Part shown: positions 44,806 to 55,916 of the stretch, one piece after another
Layout: each line of letters opens with the position of its first letter
How positions within the stretch are numbered: the first letter of the stretch is position 1
Assembly: GCA_963808625.1 (NCBI GenBank)
Contig: CAWEHK010000008.1
Span: 206,752-270,751, forward strand
Length of the DNA stretch: 64,000 nucleotides
Direction of reading: 5' to 3'
Source of the DNA: an uncultured delta proteobacterium
GTDB taxonomy: Bacteria > Desulfobacterota > Syntrophobacteria > Syntrophobacterales > Syntrophobacteraceae
Translations under genes and position numbers: made by a program
Notes under the pieces: generated by a model
Told to the model about the DNA's origin: nothing
What the model saw: the letters and a program-made list of their open reading frames with translations, nothing else
Database searches by the model: none

Positions 44806-46227
44806 ATGTCGGGAAGAATCCTCATCATTGATGATGAAAAGGACATGCTGGTCCTTTTGGAACGGATCTTGTCGGGGGCTCTTGCCGTCGAGATCACACG
44901 CACCGATGATCCCATGGAAGTGCCGGGATTGTTAAAGAAAAACAACTTCGAGGTGGTCATCACCGACCTCAAGATGCCGCAGCGAAACGGCATCCAGATT
45001 CTCGAAATGGTCAAGGAGAAAGACGAGACCACGGCCGTGATCATCATGACCGCCTTCGGCACTATCGAATCGGCCATCGAAGCCACGCGCAAAGGGGCAT
45101 ACGACTATATCACCAAGCCTTTTCGGAAGGAAAGAATCCTGCACGTGGTGGAAAAAGCCATCAACTGGCAGCGGCTCCAGAAGGAAAACGTCTATCTCCG
45201 GGAAAAGCTGGGAGGAAAGCCGCAGTTTCCGGCCCTCCTTGGAGGCAGCGCCGCCATGGAGCGTTTGCACGCCCAGATCGACCGCATCGCCGGGACTTCG
45301 GCGACCGTGCTCATCACCGGTGAAAGCGGGACCGGTAAGGAATTGGTGGCGCGCGCCGTGCACATCCACAGCCAGAGAAAGACGAAACCGTTTATCCCCA
45401 TTGACTGCAGCACCATTCCCGAATCACTTATTGAAAGCGAGCTTTTCGGTCATGTGAAGGGAGCGTTTACCGGTGCCATTCGGGACAAGAAGGGACTGGT
45501 CGAGGAAGCCAACAGCGGGACGCTTTTCCTGGATGAGATCGGTGACCTGAGCGTGACCATGCAGGTCAAACTCCTGCGCGTGCTCCAGGAAGGGGAATAC
45601 AAGGTGGTGGGTGCGAACACCATGCGGAAGGTGGATATCCGCTTTATCGCCGCCACCAATCGGAATTTGCAGGAGCAAATCAAAAACGGAGAATTTCGTG
45701 AAGACCTCTTCTACCGCCTGAACGTCATCAACATTCATCTTCCCCCTCTGCGGCGAGAGGATGGAAGACATCCCCGTGCTGACCAGCCCATTTCATCGAA
45801 AAATACAGCGTCATTCACGGCAAGAAGGTGAAAGGAATCTGCCGGGAAGCCCTTGATCATTTGCTGTCGCGGGACTGGCCGGGCAATATCCGGGAATTGG
45901 AAAATGTCATCGAACGGGGCGTGATCATGGCCACCGGCGATATCTTGCTTGAGGAAGATCTCCTGGCCACGGACGCGCCGGGTTCTGCCGGAGCCGCCCC
46001 CGCTCATCTCGCCGATGATATCTTCGCCATGCCCTTCAAGGAGGCCAAAGACCGACTGATCGAGGAATTCCAGATGCCAATACATCGCCCGAGCCCTGGC
46101 GCGCCACGGTGGCAATGTCTCGCAGGCCGCCCGCGACTCCGGCGTCAAGCGCCAATATCTCCACCGCCTCATGCGCGACACCCACCTCGAGTCAAAGGCC
46201 TTCAGGAAGCCTGAGTCATCAGAGTAG
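44806..46227 (+). CDS. Sigma-54-dependent response regulator, NtrC family (frameshifts near 45755, 45790 and 46078)
   Basis: Receiver, [31 protein letters not shown]-terminal [27 protein letters not shown] at 46225-46227. Confidence 0.9.
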
Positions 46228-46405
46228 TTGCGCTCTCCTCAAAGCCATACTTGCTGAATCTAAGGGTCCGGCAATTCTCAGTTACCGCTCTGGCGGTGTT
46301 TTTGGGCACCCCGTCCTGCGCCTGAACGGGCAGTCAGTCCGGCTTTGAGAACTTCGAAGCCACGACCGATCCTTTCACTGTTGGTTACCGCCATCCAAAT
46401 CTCCC

Positions 46406-46819
46406 CTATTCGCTTCCCAGAAGCTTCTTCATCTCGGCCACAAAGGCCATGGCCTGGTCGAGGATGGCCCTCACCTCATCAGATTCAAACTGCGCGATGG
46501 GTTGATAACCGGCCCGCTGGCGGTGGTCGAAGATCCATTCATAAAACGGCCCCCACGAGACATCGATCCTTCCGGGCTTGATCAGATCTCGATGAAAACT
46601 TGCGCACACCTGGGAGTGTTTCTTCAAGGTCTTGCCTTCCTTCATGAAAAACGCTGAAACGACGTGGAAACACGCAAAGTAAATGTCTCGCAAAGCATTG
46701 GGCAGTCTCCCGGCTTCAAAGTTCACCTGTGCTGAGTCATGATCGTTTCGCGCCTTGTCGATCCAGTGACTCACAAGAACCGTGCTGTAGTCTTTCTCCT
46801 GCCGCCCCTTCTCTGTCAT
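46406..46819 (-). CDS. HEPN domain protein
   Basis: IYFACFH, KKHSQV, RQRAGY; coupled to the upstream nucleotidyltransferase. Confidence 0.8.
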   Translation of the reverse strand: MTEKGRQEKDYSTVLVSHWIDKARNDHDSAQVNFEAGRLPNALRDIYFACFHVVSAFFMKEGKTLKKHSQVCASFHRDLIKPGRIDVSWGPFYEWIFDHRQRAGYQPIAQFESDEVRAILDQAMAFVAEMKKLLGSE

Positions 46820-47163
46820 GCTGCCAGTAACCCATCCCGCATGATTTCCCGATAAATTGGCAATGCGGTGAAAATACCGCCTGACCATTCCTCCATCGTG
46901 ACGATCAGAATGCTTATGATCGCGTCGTGACTCATTTCGATTTCAAACAGCGCGTCGATGATGGCTTTTCGTTCTCGCCACTAAATGGAACGTGAAGAGA
47001 TGAGAAGAAGATCGATATCGGAGTCCTCATCCGAATCCCCCCGGGCTTTGGACCCGTAAACGATGACCTTTTCAACGGGAAATCGCTCCCTGAGCATTTC
47101 AACGGCTGCATTGACGGCTCGGAGGTCGCGTTCAGCAAGTGGCACCTCATTGAGAGTTCTCAT
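46816..47163 (-). CDS. Minimal nucleotidyltransferase (MNT) (frameshifted)
   Basis: YGSKARGDSDEDSDIDLL (GS-x10-DxD); ATGA overlap with the HEPN gene. Confidence 0.82.
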
Positions 47164-47390
47164 GCCATATCCCTCATATTCATTTGTCTTCGACCCTGAC
47201 TGCTCGTTTGCCGTTGACTTGCCAACCCCGTCAACCGCGGCTAGTCTCCACGAGACAATTTATCCACTTGCTGCTTGCCCTCGTCGGGTGGTCTTGTGAG
47301 TATCTTGATCTCTATCGTCTTTTGACGAGCTCTCTTGGAAATATGACATATTTGTCCGGACTCGCACAGAAGTCTTTCAATGACTTTTGA

Positions 47391-47573
47391 GGGTCGGTCG
47401 CATGGCTCTCTGAAATTCCTTCACGGCAGGCGAGCGGCCTTTCATTCTTCCGGTCACACCACCAGGCAACCGGGCAAGCATGCCAGTCCTTTCGGATCGC
47501 CTACCGAAGCTTTTTCCCTTGTTTTCGGAATGTGCGACAAGACAAACGCAACACCACCCGTTTCGACCGACCC
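47391..47573 (-). ncRNA. Candidate structured RNA of unknown class
   Basis: 10-bp terminal inverted repeat, internal helices needing G-U pairs only on the minus strand, GAAA tetraloop hairpin. Confidence 0.45.
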
Positions 47574-47690
47574 CGGACTCTTTGATTCCCATTCATGGCA
47601 CCCCTCACCGACCCCGAAGCCCCCAAACGCAACAAACCCTCCCCTGTTCACCAACCGATGGGCTCTCGGATTTCAATTCCGGGAGTCCTC

Positions 47691-50600
47691 TCAGGGAAGG
47701 CGAGCTGGAACTCTTCTGAAGCGCCGAGGCACGGGAAGATCCGGGCATTGTTTTTCGTAGGGAAGATCGGGGATATACCGCCGCCACTCGTTTTCGCTCA
47801 AATTACACGTTAGCTTGGCGCAGACCAGTTCAAGCCAGGCATCCGGCCCGTCCCACAAGTGGAGCGTCTTATCCCGACTCCCTGAGACGATGCTCTTGCC
47901 ATCGGGGCTGAAGGCTACACCATATACCCCTTCCTTATGATCGCTTAAGGGCTCACCGATAGGTTGACCGGTTTGAGCGTCCCACAGCCGCAGCGTCCTG
48001 TCCGCACTTCCCGAGACGATGTACCGGCCATCCGAGCTGAAGGCTACGCTGAGTACCTCGTTGTCATGGCAGCACAAGGACTCTGTGATGGGCTTGGCAC
48101 TTGGGCTGAAGGCCGGGCTATACTCCATTCGCCAATGACCGCGCGGGCGTGGCATGTCGTCGTCCGTTGAAATTTTGGGAATATGGTAGGGGGACACAAA
48201 GCGCCCATGATCGCGCAGGATCTCGCTGACATGCCACAGCCGCACCGACTTGTCCCAACTTCCGGAGACGATGCGTTGGCCATCAGGGCTGAAGGCTACG
48301 CTATTTACTCCGCCGTCGTGGCCGCGCAGGGGCTCACCGACAGGTTGACCGGTTTGAGCGTCCCACAGCCGTAACGTCTGGTCCCCACTTCCGGAGACGA
48401 TGCGTTGGCCATCAGGGCTGAAGGCTACGCTATTTACTCCGCCGTCGTGGCCGCGCAGGGGCTCACCGACAGGTTGACCGGTTTGAGCGTCCCACAGCCG
48501 TAACGTCTGGTCCCCACTTCCGGAGACGATGCGTTGGCCATCAGGGCTGAAGGCTACGCTAAACACCACCCCCTCATGGCCGCGCAGGGGCTCACCGATA
48601 AGTCGACCGGTTATAGCATCCCACAGACGCACCGTCTGGTCCCCACCTCCAGAGACAATGCGTTGGCCATCAGGGCTGAAGGCTACGCTAAACACCACCC
48701 CCTCATGGCCGCGCAGGGGATCGCCAAGGGGCTGACCCGTTTGAGCATCCCACAGCCGCAATGTCTTGTCCCCACTTCCTGAGACGATGCGCTTGCCATC
48801 AGGGCTGAAGGCCACACCATTCACCTGGTCCTCATGACGGAACCGGGGATTACCGATGGGGTGGCCGCTTTGAACATCCCAGAGCCGCACCGTCCAGTCA
48901 TAACTTCCTGAGACGATGCACTTGCCATCCGGGCTGAAGGCTACACCAGACACCGCCTTTTCATGGCCAGACAGGGGCTCGCCGATGGGTTGACCGCTTT
49001 GGGCATCCCACAGCCGCACCGTCCAGTCATAACTTCCTGACACGATGCGTTTCCCATCACGACTGAAGGCTACACCAGACACCACGTCTTGATGGCCAAG
49101 CAGGGGCTTGCCGACAGGCTGACCGCTTCGAGCATCCCAAAGCCGCACCGTAGTGTCCCAACTTCCAGAGACAATGCGCTTGCCATCAGGGCTAAAGGCT
49201 ACGCTAAGCACCGAGTTCTCATGGCCGCGCAGGGGCTTGCCGATGGGTTGACCGCTTCGAGCATCCCACATCTGCAACATCTTGTTCCGGCTTCCTGAAA
49301 CAATGCGCTTGCCATCAGGGCTGAACGCTACGCTGTAAACCTCGTCCTTATGGCCGTGCAGGGGTTTGCCGATAGGCTGACCACTTCGAGCGTCCCACAG
49401 CCGCAACGTCTGGTCCCGACTTCCTGAGACGATACGCTTCCCATCAGGGCTAAACGCCACGCTATACACCTCGGCCTCATGACCAACCAGGGGCTCGCCG
49501 ATCGGCTGGCCGCTTTCAACATCCCATAGACGTAACGTCTGGTCCCAACTTCCGGAGACGACGCGCTTGCCATCAGGGCTGAAGGCGACGCTATAAACCA
49601 CGCCCTTATGGCCTGTCAGAGGCTCACCGATGGGTTGCCCGCTTCGAGCATCCCATAGCCGCAACGTCGTATCCCAACTTCCTGAGACAATCCGCTTGCC
49701 GTCCGGGCTGAAGGCCACGCTATTCACCACGTTCTCATGGCAACCCAGAGGCCTGCCGACATCCCACAGGCGGACCGTACCGTCCCCACTTGCCGAGACG
49801 ACGCCTTTGCCATCAGGACTGAAGGCTACGCTATTCACCTCGCCCTCATGGCCGTGCAGAGGCTCAACAATCAGATTCCCACTCTGTGCATCCCACAGCC
49901 GCACCCTCTGGTCCCAACTTCCTGAGGCGATGCGCCTGCCATCCGGGCTGAAGGCCACGCTAAGCACCACCCCCTCATGACCACGCAGGGGCTCGCCGAG
50001 GGATTGGCCGCTTTCAGCATCCCACAGGCGGACCGTTCCGTCCCCACTTCCTGAGACGATGCGTTTGCCATCCGGGCTGAAGGCTACGCCACATACCTCA
50101 CCCTCACGCCCTCGCAGGGGCTCGCCGAGGGGCTGGCCGCTTTCAGCATCCCACAGCCGAATCGTCTGGTCCCAACTTCCGGAGACAACGCGCTTGCCAT
50201 CAGGGCTGAAGGCTACGCTAGCTACCCTGTGTTCATGGCCGCGCAGGGGCTCGCCAAGAGGCTGACCCGTTTGAGCATCCCACAGCCGCAATGTCTTGTC
50301 CCAACTCCCTGAGACGATGTGCTTGCCATCAGGGCTGAAGGCTACGCTAGCTACCACATCTTCATGGCCACGCAGCGGCTCGCCAAGGGGCTGACCCGTT
50401 TGAGCATCCCATAGCCGTAACGTCATATCCCAACTCCCTGAGACGATGCGCTTGCCATCAGGGCTGAAGGCTACGCTAGCTACCCCGGCTTCATGACCGT
50501 GCAGGGGCTCGCCGAGGGGCTGGCCGCTTTGAGCATCCAACAGCCGAATCGTCTTGTCCCCACTCCCTGAGACGATACGCTTGCCATCAGGGCTGAAAGC

Positions 50601-52265
50601 TATGCTGTACACAGGACTCCGCATATCGGCGATCCAAAACATTCCTGAGGTCAATCGAAGACCATACTGCAGTGCGATCAACGTCTCAAGACCGGGTTTT
50701 AGCCGATAAGCTGCAGCGGCCAACTGGAGCCCCAGTTGGTCCGTGCCGGCATGGGTGCCATTGAGGATATCACGGCTTTCGATCGACAGCTTCCATGGGG
50801 AGGTCGCACGCAAGGTGGCCGCCAGCCGCTGCTTTGTCTGGGTGGCGTCATACCACAGCCACAAGCATGTTCCGGCTATCGCCAGCGCGACAAGGACTAC
50901 CACGCCGGCCAAGGTGAGTTGAAGACGTCGGAGTTTGTCTTTTTGCCTCTCGATCTCCTGTCTTTTTCGCTCACGCTCGCGGTCGCGGAAGTCCCGCACC
51001 ACACCAGTGAGGAGATCGTGAATGAGCTCAATGCGGTCCGTCCCCATATGGGGTTCGACGCGAAGCAACCGGCATTTGACCAGCCCCTCGAGTTCTTGTT
51101 CGGTGACAATTCCTTGGCTGAGGGCATCTTCCTTGGGATAGGGATTGCGGAAGCCACCCTCGGTGATGAGCTCGTCTTCAATGAACCGGCACGCGCGCTC
51201 CGGCAGGCCATCCACGCAGCCTTCATAGAACTCGGCAATAATGGCGCGCCCCGTGCCATGCAGCAGTTCCCGGTCGATACGGAGTTTCCTGGGAGGTCCC
51301 TTGCGGCGTTCATTGAGCCCGGTGCAGACGAGGCTGAGGAGCGCCGGCTCGATAACGAGATTTTCCAGTGGTGCAGCCTCCAGCGGCTTCACAGTGGATG
51401 CCGCGGTACCGCCAGAACCTGCAGCTTCCCCGGTCTTTTCCAACTCCCAACGGGCGGCAGCAACAAACCTCACGATTTCCCGCGAGATCGCTTTATCTAC
51501 AAGCGGGCGCCCGGTCTTGAACACGGCGTCCATGGCCTGGTTTCCATCCATCGGCAACAGGCGAAAGCGATTGCGCGTCGGCGATAGGCTTTCCAGGCGC
51601 CAGCCTTCCACCTCGGGAAGGTAATCCTCCCGGAAGCTCACCAGCACCCTGTAGCGGTGGCTCTGGAAATTAACAACTGGTCGTGGCCTTCGGTCTCCTC
51701 CAGTCGTTTGGCGAGGGGGCCTGGAATGCGGTTTCCGATCAAGTCGGCCAGGTCTTCGTGAAGCTGCCGCACGGCCCCGGCATTCTCTACCCCCAGCGTG
51801 AACACCTCTTCGAACTGGTCGAAGATGAAAACGGGTGTGAGGAGGTGGTTTTGGCGGCTCCACAATTCCAGTTCAGCCTGGTGCAGGTATTCCCAGAGGG
51901 TTCCCGCGGGGACGAAGGGAAGATGGTCGACGCCCTGGGCATGCAAGCTCCTTCTGGAAGGCATGCAACGCCTGCTCCATGAGCGGAGCGGTGGAGTCGC
52001 GAGGATCGAGGCGGACGTAGACGGGAAGATACTGTTCCTCTCGAAGGCGCGGGAACAACCCGGCCTGAAGGAGCGAGGTCTTGCCAAGCCCGGACCTGCC
52101 GTAGAGGACCGTGAGAGGGGCGTCGCGCACGAGACGGAGAAGAGCCGCCGTCTCCTCATCGCGCCCGTTGAAGAAGTCCTGGCCGCGCTCATCGAATTCG
52201 TGGAGGCCGGGCCACGGGTTTTCGGCATCAAGGATCACGCCACTCTGCACCTGGTATTCCGTCAT
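47691..52265 (-). CDS. STAND (nSTAND1-like) ATPase - TM helix - 21 WD40 repeats (two frameshifts near 51945 and 51665)
   Basis: NPWPGL...FNGRDEE, Walker A GRSGLGKTS, Walker B FIFDQFEE, SFREDY, ELIHD, TM LAGVVVLVALAIAGTCLWLW, and 21 VAFSPDG..IVSGS.D.T.RLWD units. Confidence 0.88.
47850..50615 (-). repeat. Highly similar 129-bp WD40 tandem repeats
   Basis: 43-aa period; the units around 48260-48520 are identical at DNA level. Confidence 0.93.
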
Positions 52266-53700
52266 GACGACCTCCGTCGCCGCAAGTCCCGAAGTGCGAC
52301 CATGATGGTCTGACGCAGCTGCTCGCTCATGCGGCCCCCAGGAGCGTGGCCAAACTGAAATTCCCGGAACTTGTCGGGCATTAGCAGATACCGGGTGGCA
52401 TTGCCGTCGAATTCAGAGTCCACGACCACCGGGAAGATAAACTTGCGGCCCTGGATCATTTTGGAACGTTCCGCAGCTTCGTGCCACTCTTTCCGGAAAT
52501 AGCCCTCCGTGCGCACTTCCGTGCTGGCAGAGATCAAAGGGAGAAACAGGGCACAGCGCTTGATCGCCCCCATGATGGCTCGTTCCCATTCGTCACCGGG
52601 CTTCAACATGTTCTTGTCGAACCAGATGATGCCCGCCCCGATCTCTTCGAGTTCGGCACACAAGGTTCGGGCGGCGGGAAGATCGGTTCGCGAGTAGCTG
52701 ATGAAGATGTCACCGGCGCCGGGAGTCTGCTCGGGTTCGAGGCGCGGCGGCATGGCTTCTGCAACTTCGGGATGGCGCTCATGCCATCGATGGGTGAGCT
52801 CGCCGATAAACGTCCCGGCGTCGCCCGGGTAGACCTGCGTGTTCTGGCTAAAGCGTTCGAGAAACAGGGTCAGGCTGTGGTTCTGGGCCACTTCATTGCC
52901 AACCAGGAATTCCTTCTTGGCGCGACCCCCCAAGAGCCGCTCCTTGTCCTTGTTGGAGAGCCGAATGAAGAAACGGTTCAGCCAGTCCGCAAAAGGGCAC
53001 CCGATGATGAGCAGGTTTCTGCTGCGCACTTCCGAGACCATGCGATCCGGCAGGTTCCCGCCCCCTGCATGGAGGTTGTAGAGGAACTCAAGGGTGTCTT
53101 CGTCGTGGATAGCGTAAAAGGGAGAGGCGGAAGCCCGACCGAAGAGGTAAAAAACGGCACTGTATAACGAGCTTCTAATTTCAGGGATATCCCGTGCCTG
53201 ATCGCCAGGAAGGTTGGGCGCATACACAATCTGCTCGGCGAAAGGCGCGCCGCCGCCTCGCTCAACATCCAGCGCCCTGACCAGGAGGTCGTCACAGGTG
53301 GTCGTGACAAAAAGATCCAAGGCGGAGATGCGGGCGAGATGGCGCAGAGCCTCAGGGATTGTGGGTTGGGAACCGAGGATGCCACGGAGCAATCGTTGAT
53401 GGGCCGGTAGAGGTCCTGGATGCGCCTGCCCCGCCGGGCAAGTGCACACACCGCGTCGTTCAGCTCCAGGTGAGGACGCAGTAACACCTCGTTGCTGATG
53501 ACCTCCCCCTCGACGACCCCGCTTGAAGCCTTAAGATCATATTTTGCCAGAAGCCGCTCGGCAAGGGCGCGGTAAAGGCGGACTTCCTGCCCCTGCTCCT
53601 GGATCGTGAGCAGCTCCGGGCCCAGGACCGGAATAACGCGCCGCTCCTCAATGTGGGCGAGCAGGTCATCCCAGAAATCATTGATGTCCGCAGCATTCAT
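52262..53700 (-). CDS. SIR2-like domain plus C-terminal TIR domain protein (frameshift near 53392)
   Basis: VIPVLGPEL, FVTTTCD, FYLFG, LLIIGC (SIR2-like); IFISYSRTD, WFD...PGDEW, FLPLIS, YFRKEW (TIR); ATGA overlap with the STAND gene. Confidence 0.85.
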
Positions 53701-53820
53701 TGGTGTACTCTCAGAGCGACGATTAAGGTGGCAATGTTGCCCAGGCAGCCCGCAGCATCGGGGTAAAACGGCGGCATCTCCAGCGCCTCATGCGTGACAC
53801 CAACATCGAGTCAAAGGCCT

Positions 53821-54255
53821 TCAGGAAACCTGATTCATCGGATTGGTTTCGGCTTTCCGCACTCTTTCATCCCTCGCCGCTTTGCGTTCGAAGGCCGATT
53901 CAATCTTCGCCAGCAGTTCATCGATGGGGCAGGGCTTGAGCAGGTATTCGTAGCCGCCGAGCCGCATGATCTCGACGGCCACATCCACCGAAGCGTGTCC
54001 GGTCAGGATAATGACTTCCACCTCCCGGTTGATCTTCTTCAACTCGGCCAGGGCCTCGATGCCGCTCATACCGGGCATTTTCACGTCGAGCAGGATGACG
54101 TCATAGGGCTGTTGCTGCAGCTCCTCGATGGCTTCCATGCCGCTCCCGACGGCGTTGGTGTCAAGGCCGTTAGCGGTCAGCAGTTTCTTGAGAGTGAGGC
54201 GGAATCGTTCTTCATCGTCGACGATTAAAACCTTTGCCTTGGGCAGCATTGTCAT
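53821..54255 (-). CDS. Single-domain response regulator
   Basis: IVDDEE, LDVKMPG, LTGHAS, LKP. Confidence 0.9.
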   Translation of the reverse strand: MTMLPKAKVLIVDDEERFRLTLKKLLTANGLDTNAVGSGMEAIEELQQQPYDVILLDVKMPGMSGIEALAELKKINREVEVIILTGHASVDVAVEIMRLGGYEYLLKPCPIDELLAKIESAFERKAARDERVRKAETNPMNQVS

Positions 54256-55193
54256 GGTCCCCCTTTCGATGACGCAACGGGAAGGTGAATGGTGAAGGTG
54301 GTTCCTTTGCCCACTTCACTGGCAACGGAAATGCGACCTCCGAGTTTGACGACGATACTGTGGGAAATGGAGAGCCCCAGACCAGTGCCTTTTCCCGGAG
54401 GCTTGGTCGTAAAAAAAGGATCAAATATCTTGTCGAGCTGCTCCTTGGGAATGCCACAGCCGGTATCGCTAAAGGACAGTTCCACGAGCGTGTCTCCGGA
54501 TTGGCGGGTGGCAATCGTGATCGCACCGTCCTTGCCAATCGCGTAGGCCGCATTATTCAAGATATTCAAAACCACCTGACGCAGAAGAGGAGGATCGGTC
54601 TGTACGCGAGGCAAATTCGCCTGGTAGGCCCTTATGATCTGAATATTATGCTGCGCCGCCTCTTTATCTACCAGCTTGGCCATGTCCTCGATCAGCCGGT
54701 TCACATCGGCACGCTGAATGAGAGGCTCTTTCTTCCTCGCAAAATCCAGCAGTTTGTGGGTGATTTCCTTGCAGCGCTCAACCTGTGAGACGATCTCGCG
54801 CAGTGAATCGCGCAGCTCTTCGGGGGCCCCGGGAGCCTCGAGATGATCATCTTTCAAGAGATGTTTGATCCACTCCGTCTCCTGCCCCATGATGGCGAGA
54901 GGATTGTTGATCTCGTGGGCAATTCCCGAGGACAGCTCGCCGATTGCCGCCAGTTTCTGGGATTGAATCAGCTGCTCGTCAAGGTGGCACTTCTGCTCAT
55001 TGGCTTGCTTTATGTCATGTGTCAACCGCCTGGTGAGGAAGAACGAGATGAGTGCAATCAGCAGAGCGAGTGCCGCCGGAACGAATTCTTTGGAGAGTCC
55101 AAGGACGATTGCGAGCCCGGCTGTGAGAAGGGATGCTGCGTAAGGATAGAGACTCAAGATAGAATATCGGCGTTCATTCGGCATCGGGATCAT
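54252..55193 (-). CDS. Small membrane histidine kinase
   Basis: Two adjacent TM helices, [20 protein letters not shown]. Confidence 0.9.
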   Translation of the reverse strand: MIPMPNERRYSILSLYPYAASLLTAGLAIVLGLSKEFVPAALALLIALISFFLTRRLTHDIKQANEQKCHLDEQLIQSQKLAAIGELSSGIAHEINNPLAIMGQETEWIKHLLKDDHLEAPGAPEELRDSLREIVSQVERCKEITHKLLDFARKKEPLIQRADVNRLIEDMAKLVDKEAAQHNIQIIRAYQANLPRVQTDPPLLRQVVLNILNNAAYAIGKDGAITIATRQSGDTLVELSFSDTGCGIPKEQLDKIFDPFFTTKPPGKGTGLGLSISHSIVVKLGGRISVASEVGKGTTFTIHLPVASSKGGP

Positions 55194-55194
55194 C

Positions 55195-55602
55195 TCAGAT
55201 CATCCTGGTTTTTCGCACCTTTTCCTCGTGCAGGATCTTTCGTTCGTGCGCCTCGCGGATCTTCTCCAGCAGATCATTGATGTCCGCCGGTTTCATCACG
55301 TAATCGAAAGCCCCGTATTGCATCCCCTGGACGCCGGATTCGACGGACGCATGTCCGGTGAGCATGATCACCTCCATGAGCGGTCGCTTTCGTTTCATCT
55401 CCTTCAGGGTCTCGATACCATCCAGGCCAGGCATTCTAACATCCAGAATGACCACGTCAAAATGCTCCTTCTCCAGAAGTTCCAGAGCCTTGATCCCACT
55501 GTCGATACCGGTAGCATCCACCTTGCGCCTTTTCAGGCGCTTCACGATCGTCTCCAAAAAATCGAGCTCATCGTCGACGATCAATACTCTAAAATTTTCC
55601 AT
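55195..55602 (-). CDS. Single-domain response regulator
   Basis: MENFRVLIVDDE, LDVRMPG, LTGHAS, MKP; GAGAGG RBS. Confidence 0.9.
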   Translation of the reverse strand: MENFRVLIVDDELDFLETIVKRLKRRKVDATGIDSGIKALELLEKEHFDVVILDVRMPGLDGIETLKEMKRKRPLMEVIMLTGHASVESGVQGMQYGAFDYVMKPADINDLLEKIREAHERKILHEEKVRKTRMI

Positions 55603-55916
55603 CAGTATTGCCTCTCTCCACCACATCCAAAACTGTGGTGTCCATTTCGCTCCCACCGATCCGTGGACTTACCACAGTTACTCATGTCCGTTCGGGACAC
55701 CCGAAGAGACATGAACAGAAGCTCTTCGAACCAGTACCTTCATGGCGGCTGTCACCAGCCGCCATGACGCAGAAAACAATCCGGAACCTCCATTCCCGCG
55801 AGCTTCAGCAGAAATCCGCATGCTTCCTGGTCCCTGGTCCTCCGTCAGAGCCTGTCCCCACAGGCTCTGGGTGGGGAAGGCAGCGGCCGAGACAGGAGGA
55901 CCTCTTCGAGACGTTC

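Larger units (their letters stand above)
46108..53839. mobile_element. Putative defence islet bounded by a diverged 113-bp direct repeat
   Basis: 46108-46220 versus 53727-53839: 21 mismatches by manual count, no gaps. No integrase or transposase inside. Confidence 0.65.

Noticed and set aside
47391..47573. Retron ncRNA, 6S RNA or group II intron start (GTGCG at 47532)
   Set aside because: No RT nearby, arms too asymmetric for 6S, and no intron domain V recognised.
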